Of a stretch of 64,000 nt of DNA, positions 55,522 to 64,000 are shown one piece after another (position 1 is the stretch's first letter; every line of letters begins with the position of its first letter). The notes under the pieces are model-generated. The model saw only the letters and a list, made by a program, of their open reading frames with translations. It was not told the origin of the DNA and did not search any database. The position numbers and the translations under genes were made by a program. This stretch comes from Octopus vulgaris (lineage: Eukaryota), in assembly GCA_951406725.2 (NCBI GenBank), contig OX597825.1, positions 54,436,001 to 54,500,000 on the forward strand, in the 5' to 3' direction.

Positions 55522-55882
55522 TGCAAATGTGTGGCTAAGAACCTTGCTTCTCCAACTGCATGGTCATCGGTTCAGTCCCACTGCGTGGCATCTCAGTTGC
55601 GTTTCTTCTACTATATCCCCGGATCGACAAAAAAACCTTGTGAGTAAACTTAGCAGATGAAAAACGGTGTTTGTGTTGTGCCTGTCTCAACTACTACTTG
55701 ATAACCAGTGTTAGTTTGTTTCCGTCTCCGTAACTTACGGTTCAACAAAAGAGACAGATAGAATAAGTACAAGACTTAAAACAAGTAATGAGTCCGATCT
55801 GCTCAACTAAACCTTTTAAGGCAATGCTGTAGCATGGCCACTGTCCGGTAAAAGGAGTAAAAATTATAAAGATAAAAGATAA
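55522..55882 (+). mobile_element. Old SINE family A
   Basis: GGTTCAGTCCCACTGCGTGGCA...GATAGAATAAGTAC...(TAAAAGA)n tail. Confidence 0.85.
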
Positions 55883-56129
55883 AAAAACTGGGAATCACAT
55901 CGTCCGCTATATAACCTATGTTGTTAAGATGGAGTCCGACGTTGGCAATACAGACTCAGTAACAGAACATAATGATAGCGCTTGTAAAAGTAAATTATCT
56001 AAACATGTCTTCAATGAGAGTTGCTCTCTCCCTCTCTCTCACTTCCTCTTCCTCTCTATCTCTCTCCCTCATTTCCTCCTCCTCTCTCTCTCTCTCTCTC
56101 TCCATTTCGCTTTCTGTCTCCATTTGTTG

Positions 56130-56472
56130 GTGCATGCATGGCTGTATGGTCAGATGTTTACTTCAAGTGCCTTCTACTATAGCTCCGCATCATTTATACA
56201 CCCTTATGAGCAAATTTGGTCGACAGAAACTGTGTAAAAGCTTGCCTCTGTGTCTCTGTGTCCTTTGCTTGTTTCTATAGCTGCGCTCCACTCACCGCTT
56301 TTTGCCTATCTACGTCGCCGTAACATAGCGGTTCAGCAAAAGAGACAAGTAGTATAAGTAAGAGGTCCTGAAAATAAATACTGTGGTCGTTTTATTTGAT
56401 TAAAACCCTTCAAGGTGGAGCCCTAGCAAGGCCGCAGTCTATTGACTGAAACAAGTAAAAGATAAAAGGTAA
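56130..56472 (+). mobile_element. Old SINE family A
   Basis: CATGGCTGTATGGT...TTCTACTATAGC...GGCCGCAGTC..TTGACTGAAACAAGTAAAAGA. Confidence 0.8.
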
Positions 56473-56503
56473 AGTAGATAGAGAGACAGACAGATGGATA
56501 CAT

Positions 56504-56589
<86 letters not shown>

Positions 56590-57333
56590 TATTTCAAAAG
56601 CAATCTCGAATTTATAACATCTACAAATGCACAAGCCGGTCACAGAACCAATAAGGATGTATCCGCTTGGTCACAGAACGGATGAGGATGCATTATGCCA
56701 AGTAAACCAACACAGATCTCCCTCAACTCACAGCCTCTCGTCTTAACAAAAATGGAAACATTACATTACCCAACCAAGTAACTGATATAGAAAACGTTAG
56801 AACGCAATTTATAGTTTGACTATTCAATCAGGGCTGATATATATATCCTGCTTTGGCAACTGAGGAATCGCCATTTTGATCCAGTTGTGTTTTATTCAGC
56901 TCGAGCTTTGAACATCTGTTTTTTCAACCATATTGTTGAAATAGCAATCAATATTCAGATTCAGCGGTCTAGTGGTATAGTTTTGACAATAAATATTGGG
57001 TAAAAATTTAATATTGCATTACACACCTCAGATTTGAATTAGTTAATTCTATATAAAAGTATATTTCGAGCCTCATTTCTAAATATTTTTACAGTTATAA
57101 TCACTAGAGAATACAAGTTTCGTAAGTTCGGACCGTTAATTAATTTATATGTTCCTGGATGTGCTGTGTAATTTCTCTCCTATATGAAGGAAATTTAATA
57201 AGTTTCTATAAAGCATACGACTATATTAATAATGTATAAGAGAATCTATTTGTAGCCTTACTAACAAATAATTAATTTTAAATAAATTCTATGAATATAT
57301 ATAGGTTTATGGGAGTATGCGTGTATAAATTTC

Positions 57334-57369
<36 letters not shown>

Positions 57370-57784
57370 TTATATATATGTGTGTGTGTTTATACATATA
57401 GCTAGATAGATATATGTATGTATCTATATGTGTATGTATGTATATATGTACGTATAGATTGCATAAATACATATATAGAGATACACAAACGCAGATATGT
57501 TCTTCATATGAGAGACAGGTGTTAAATTTTGAGAGTAACTAATGTAAAGAGGAAAAGAAACGCGAGTAAAAGAAAAAACAGGGGATAAAGGGAAGAATAA
57601 GGAATAGAAATATAAATACTAACCAACCGAATAATTTTCAACAGATACATTGGAACTGTGACAGGGATTAGGCCGAGAAATACTACAAAACTTTGTCACG
57701 CGTCATAATCGGGTGTTCAGTACCCTAACCATTGGACTACGCGTCTTTACATATACGTAGGCTTGTAATATATGTGTGTGTGTG

Positions 57785-57825
<41 letters not shown>

Positions 57826-57871
57826 GTGTGTGTGCGTGTGTGTGTGTGTGTCTGTGTGTGACTATTTATGC

Positions 57872-58082
57872 CTCTTATTTCGTTTACTTGTTTCAGTCAT
57901 TTGACTGCGGTTTTGCTGGAGCACCGCCTTTAGTCGAATAAATCGACCCCAGGACTTGTTCTTTTTAAGCTTAGTACTTATTTTATCAGTTTATTTTGTC
58001 GAACCGCTCAATTACGGGGATGTAAACACCATCATCGGTTGTCAAGCGATGGTGGGGAGACAAACACAGGCAAACAAATACG
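57872..58082 (-). mobile_element. SINE family A 3' half; an inverted 3'-end fragment lies at 58257-58303 (+)
   Basis: TACTTGTTTCAGTCATTTGACTGCGG..GCTGGAGCACCGCC; after the TA tract GGCGGTGCCCCAGCATGGCCACAG. Confidence 0.88.
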
Positions 58083-58215
58083 TATACACATATACCACAA
58101 ATATATATTATAAACTATATATATGCATGTGTGTATATATACATATATACATACATATATATATATATATATGTATATATATGTATATATGTGTATATAT
58201 ATCTATCTATATATG

Positions 58216-58258
<43 letters not shown>

Positions 58259-58979
58259 GGCGGTGCCCCAGCATGGCCACAGCTCATGAGCTGAAACTAG
58301 AATCAATCATACACACATGTATATTTACATATACGTACATATATATATACAAACGCATAAATATATACATTCATATATACATATAAAACGTGTTAAGTAT
58401 TATTCGTCTGTTTATATACATTCACTAACACTTCAAATCGTAGAAATCAATATGAAAAATCATTATTCGCTTGTTATATTGATTCGATCACGTATCGGTG
58501 TTATTTTTTTTTTTTTACTTTTTACCTATCATCTCCTGTGTAACGTAACATGTTCCTTGTCAGCTGACTAAATGTACGTGCCTTTGTTGTGTAATGTACT
58601 TCTTTGTTTAGAGAGTACACCTTTTGTACTCCTACAAATTAATAAAATACATACAGAAAACTTGTAGATGCCTTGTACCGGAACTTGTTCCAAATCGAAA
58701 TATCCATTAGTTAAAAACACGTGACTATCTACTTTTGGATTGCGAGTCCTGTACAGAGATGAAGAACAATAAAATTTTTGTTTTTAAATTGATGTTTTTA
58801 TTAGAAGATTCTATACGGAAACTAAACTCCATAATACTTGTGGGGATTTTATACACTTCAGATTCACTGCTACAGTCTTATTATTTGCGTTCATCTTAGT
58901 AGATAGAACTTATCGAATCCTCGGGCAGAAATTCCTTTGTAAATGTATGATTCATTTCGTTGCTCCCAATATTGTTTCT

Positions 58980-58980
58980 A

Positions 58981-59027
<47 letters not shown>

Positions 59028-59055
59028 GCTATTGTTGTTGTTGTTATTATTATTA

Positions 59056-59147
<92 letters not shown>

Positions 59148-59195
59148 GTTATTATTATTATCATTACCACCGTCTTCATCCTCATCATCATCTCA
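58980..59195. repeat. (ATT)n array
   Basis: Directly visible. Confidence 0.97.
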
Positions 59196-59635
59196 TGGGT
59201 AGTGCATATTTTTCGTTATTCTACGGAGTCAACTTTCGCCTGAAGAGAAATCAATACTTAAGCCGTGCGAAAAGACTAAATCACGTTTTTATTACAAAGG
59301 TAGATTCTAATTTCGGCTTTCCTCTTTTATTGCATTGTTTCTTGTTCATTAACCTTTTCATGTTCTGAACTCCGTCAATAAAACCATCTGCTTTTCATTC
59401 AATTCTCTCTTTCCATTCTCCTTTCTTTAGTTAGTTTAATCACATTTTTTAAGTAGCGCCATCTTTTCTTCCTTTCAATGTATTTATCCAAACGCAACGC
59501 ACTCTGGCATTTATGAAATGTAGGAAAGGCTAAAACTTAGCTTTTTTTTATTTTTAGTTATTATTCTTTATTCACTTCCTGTATCTTCGTTCCTTTCTCT
59601 TCTTCATCTTCATCTTTCACTTCTTTTTCTCCTGC

Positions 59636-59668
59636 TTATTATTATTATTATCATTATTATTATTATTA

Positions 59669-59741
<73 letters not shown>

Positions 59742-59755
59742 CATCATCATCATCA

Positions 59756-59825
<70 letters not shown>

Positions 59826-59966
59826 CATAATCATCAATAGTGTTGTGGTTGCTTTTGTTGTTATTGTTATTATTGTTATCCTCATTATTATTCATTATCA
59901 TCATCATTATCATAATCATCATCATCATTATGATGATTATTATCATCGTCATTATTATGATTATTA
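59636..59966. repeat. (ATT)n/(ATC)n array
   Basis: Directly visible. Confidence 0.97.
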
Positions 59967-60419
59967 CAATTAAATGCTGATTTCTTCTGGGATCAATAAA
60001 AAGCTACTAGTTTGTGTAGTGCATGCATGTATGGGTGTGTAATGAAGTTTTGTGGTGATCAGATAAAGTATGTATCGCGCATGCTGCATTATTTTATTGT
60101 GTGGTGTTTGTAAAGGGATTGTTATCGTGTGCGTAAAATGTACTCAATCAATTGTGCTATTGATTTTAAAGTTTTTTACGTGAGATATAAGCCGCGCCTA
60201 ACAGTAATATTTTTTGCACGATTTGTAAAGTTGTAAGTTTTGTCCTTAAAAGTTTCCGGTCATTTTTTGTTGTTTTAATCTAAAATTGTGTTCCTATTCT
60301 CATTGTAAGTACTTCCCTGCTTAGGTTTCAGAGGCCTTGCCCTGATTACCATACAGACGTCTATCAGAAAGCAGACATTATCGTTCCAGTCTTCGCTAAA
60401 TATATCTAAATTGGTACCT

Positions 60420-60545
60420 CTAGATCTCATATCGGTTTGGACAGCTACAACGCAGATGACTCTGGTCAGATCACTACCATATTCCATATCTTGTCTAATT
60501 TTTCTCTGTCTAGGCCTTCCCCTCGTTCTCAGGGGAGAGTCTGTA
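60420..60545 (-). mobile_element. Possible RTE-type LINE ORF2 C-terminal remnant
   Basis: PLRTRGRPRQRKIRQDM resembles the G.R.RGRPR..W...I..DM motif. Confidence 0.45.
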
Positions 60546-61292
60546 TATGAAATACTCGAACTTTGCACTAATCAGGCAACTAGAAATGAAATAGCCGACT
60601 AAAACACTTCAGCAGTTTCATGGTTTAACTTATTGCCGACATTATTTTCCTTTTCGTATCCTTGTAATTATTTGCAGCTAACCAATATTTGAGCGCATCT
60701 AAATTCGTAAGCTCTGTTTATCTCACAACTTTTGAGCAATTGATGATTTTCATTCTAGTTTACTTTCTGTCTACTGTATCATGCGGGAGTGATTTTCCTA
60801 ATTCTTTGGTATATTTTGGAAATTCACTGTTGTCTTTGAATTGTTAGTTTTTAGCCTTTATCTTATTTTGTTCTTATGTAAACAATTTCGCGTCAATGTA
60901 GTCAGAATCCACTTTATATTTCATTGTTTCATTTTATATATATATGAAAAACAAAAATTGTATCTCGACGTCTCTTTTCCTCTACCTACATCAGAAGCCA
61001 TTTTTTCTCCCATATGGCTATACAACCTATATCAAGTTTGGAGCAGCGAATCCGCATTGCTGTTCATAGATTTGTTTTCTTTCCGTTCTTCAATTCCCTG
61101 ATATTCCCGTTTAATGTAATAAAGCCGTAGAAGTTGCGCACACGCAGACAAACACACACACACGCACATACATACACACATACTTACAAATATACACACA
61201 GATATATATTATATGCCATATATACATGTATGTATACACATAAGTATGTATGAACGCATGAGCATATGTATGACTGTATGAAGGTATGTATA

Positions 61293-61540
61293 TAATTACA
61301 TTTCTAGGTTTAAGATAACTTTTCATATTAGTTTCTGCCTTCTCTAATAGATTCTTCTAATTTTCTCTATCTGTAAATGTATTTCGTCAGATTCCTCTGC
61401 TCCACAGCATTTGTATGGGTGATCTGGTCTAATTCTCTAATTTCCATATCTGTAGCCATTTTAATGTCTTCAATTTTAGTTAATTTGCCTTAACTCCTAA
61501 CGGACTTCGCATTTATTTTAATATGATATTCCTTTCTAAG
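61293..61540 (-). mobile_element. Decayed R4/Dong-clade LINE reverse transcriptase fragment
   Basis: With frameshifts: GKLTKIEDIKMATDMEIRELDQ / PYKCCGAEESDEIHLQIEKIRRIY*RRQKLI / KSYLKPRNVI, parallel to RGKL......L.....I.EL....YKYLG..E...I....KEKI...Y.RR...ILKS.LN..N.I. Confidence 0.78.
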
Positions 61541-61554
61541 AAAAATTTTAGATT

Positions 61555-62315
61555 CTGTTTTTGTCAGTTCAAATCTGGTTGCGACCAACATTGAATTTCA
61601 TTACTACGGAATCAATAAAATAGAGTACCAGTCTAATACCATGATCGATGGTACCTATTAATAGCCTCTAGATTGCTAGTATTTATTTCGGCTTCAGTTT
61701 CTGAGTTCAAATCCTATCGAACTCGACTTTGCATTTCATCCTTTTCGAGAGGTTTCGGGATCTTTTCGAGACCGATAAAATAAGTACCAGATTTGCGCTT
61801 GAGTCGATGTAATTTACTAAATCTTTCTCCAAATGTCTCGGAAGAAAGGAATGACAGTGAGCTGGAAGAATCGTTAGCGCGCCGAACACAATGCTAAGTG
61901 CGATTTCTTCTGGCTCTTTACGTTCTGAGTTCAAATCCCTTTTTCATCTTTTCGGGGTCGATAAAATAAGTACTAGTCAGGTTGTGAGGTCGATGTAATC
62001 GAATAGCCCCCTCCATCTAAAATTTCAAGACTCGTGCCTCTAGCAGAAAGGATTGTTGCTGTTGTGCTTGTTTTTGTTCTTGTTGCTATTGCTCTTAAAA
62101 TGGCAAACTGGCAGCATCGTTAGCAAAGAGGACTAAATGCATAGCATCATTTTGTTCGACATTAAGTCCTGAGTTCAAATTCTGACGCGGTAGATTTTGC
62201 CTTTCATCTTTTCGTGATCGATGAAATAAGTACCATTTAAGTCCTGTGATCAATGCAATCGACTTCTACCCACCCCTGAAAATTACTGACCTTGTGCAAA
62301 ATTAAGAATAAATTA
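61555..62315 (+). mobile_element. Tandem pile of about four SINE family B copies
   Basis: GAGTTCAAAT and GAT.AAATAAGTAC recur at about 61705/61775, 61927/61961 and 62171/62220. Confidence 0.85.
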
Positions 62316-63450
62316 TAATCATTATCACCTTCATCGTAACCATCATCATTAATGCTTTTAACAAAGAGATTCTGTTTACAAAAATAATCTTCATCCAGGG
62401 ATCGAACAATATCACTTGTTTCCCATGCAATATGAAATGCAAACGGTGTTACTTATTTAAATGGAAAGGACGTTTTATTTACTTCCCCTGGAGATGAGAG
62501 AGTGTAAGTTAAAGCCCCGGTGCGATTTGAACTCAAGTCCTCATCATAAGAAACTAAATACTGCAATGTATCTAATAATAACGATATCTATTCATTTATC
62601 TTTTTCACTTGTTGATAAACCCAGTAAACAATTGATCCCAAGGTAATGAGAAAGGTGATATTTAAGACATTTTCAAATTTAGTTTGTAATTATGGAAAAT
62701 CACTTCGACTTCGAATCGAACCCAAGTTGCAGGTACGAATCATCAATTCTTTATCTTCACTGTTATAAAGCGGTCACTTTGTTATTTAGTTTTGTTCACC
62801 GCTCCTTTACGGCAGAAGATAAAATAAATCCATCGAGTGACAGCGAAGTCAAATGGGATGAAATGAAAGAGATTAAGACATATTCGACGGATTAAATAAA
62901 GATAACAAAGATAGAATAATAAAAAAAATAATATTATTTAAAAAGTATTTTAAAAACTAGGAGTGATGATTGTAATCAATGAATTAGTAGAAAGGGAGCG
63001 ACGAAAATTGAAAATCCCTCCGGGGAAAGACTTAACAAGGTTTTATATCATTAGGGATAGTTTTTGTTCGTTTGTTTTAAAGAAGGGAGCGGGAAATTGA
63101 GCTTGTGTACCGGATTAATGGGTCCCTCTGACATTCATTAATCGTGGCATTTCACTTTAAATATTTACAAAGAGATTATTGGAAAAGAAAAATATGAAAA
63201 ATAATAACAATTGCGATCATAAACACAAGGCCACGTGTTTTATGAAGGTGTGTTGTCAATAATGTCGAATGCCAGTATTTAACAAGTATGTTTCTTTTTA
63301 TGGACCCTGAACGGACAGAATAAACAATACCAGGATTTGAACTGAAACAACGTAACGAAATAACAGTCTTTCCACCGCTCTACTAGTTCTCTCGTAGGCA
63401 CGTAACACACAGTTCGTTTCGCTATATTTGATAATATTGGTTTCAAACTG

Positions 63451-63752
63451 AGACGGCGAGCTAGCAAAAAAGTTAGCATGCCGGGCGAACTGCTTAACGG
63501 TATTTTGTCTGTTTTTACGTTCTGAGTTAAAATTCCGCCGAGGTCGACTTTGCCTTTCATCCTTTCGGGGTCGATAAATTAAGTACCAGTTACGCACTGG
63601 GGTCGATGTAATCGACTTAATACCTATGTCTGTCCTTGTTTGTCCCCTCTGTGTTTAGCCCCTTGTGGGTAATAAAGAAATAGGTATTTTGTCTGTTTTT
63701 ACGTTCTGAGTTCAAATTCCGCCGAGGTCTACTCTGCCTTTCATCCTTTCGG
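63451..63752 (+). mobile_element. SINE family B dimeric form, second unit truncated
   Basis: Colinear with 42664-42960 including the AAAGAAATAGGTATTT junction. Confidence 0.93.
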
Positions 63753-63756
63753 ATGC

Positions 63757-63945
63757 TGGTTTCAAATTTTGGCACAACGCCAGCAAACTCGGCGGAAGGT
63801 GTAAGTTGATTACATCGACCCCACTATTCAACTGGTACTTGTTTCCTCGACCCCGAGAGGAAGAAAGGCAAAGTCCACATCAGCGGTATTCGAACTTAGA
63901 GATGGACAAAATGCTGCTAAGAATTTTGCCTGGCGTGCTAACGAT
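63757..63945 (-). mobile_element. SINE family B, inverted, abutting the previous copy
   Basis: GATTACATCGACCCC..AACTGGTACTT..TCGACCCCGA...GGCGTGCTAACGAT. Confidence 0.88.
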
Positions 63946-64000
63946 ATAGTTTGTAATATTCACTCAAAAATATGATTTGTACTTTATACTATCGATTGCA

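Overview
This is an AT-rich, microsatellite-saturated eukaryotic window, intronic or intergenic. The repeat families look like those of an Octopus (coleoid cephalopod) genome; that assignment is inferred from recalled SINE consensus shapes, not from a search. I found no supportable host protein-coding gene, and nearly all listed ORFs are microsatellite artefacts. The window holds many copies of at least three tRNA-headed SINE families and a ~560-bp element confined to (TAA)n tracts. It also holds decayed ORF remnants of R4/Dong, RTE and Penelope-like (PLE) retrotransposons, plus mariner- and hAT-type MITEs. The main signal is about eleven minimal type-I hammerhead-ribozyme-like motifs (CUGANGA - stem II - GAAA - palindromic stem III - UH) with several different stem-II sequences. 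Most sit in short pyrimidine-rich, microsatellite-anchored elements. One lies directly downstream of a PLE GIY-YIG C-terminus and one inside an element with a PLE-type terminal inversion. Alignments were made by eye, so boundaries are approximate and ribozyme activity is untested.
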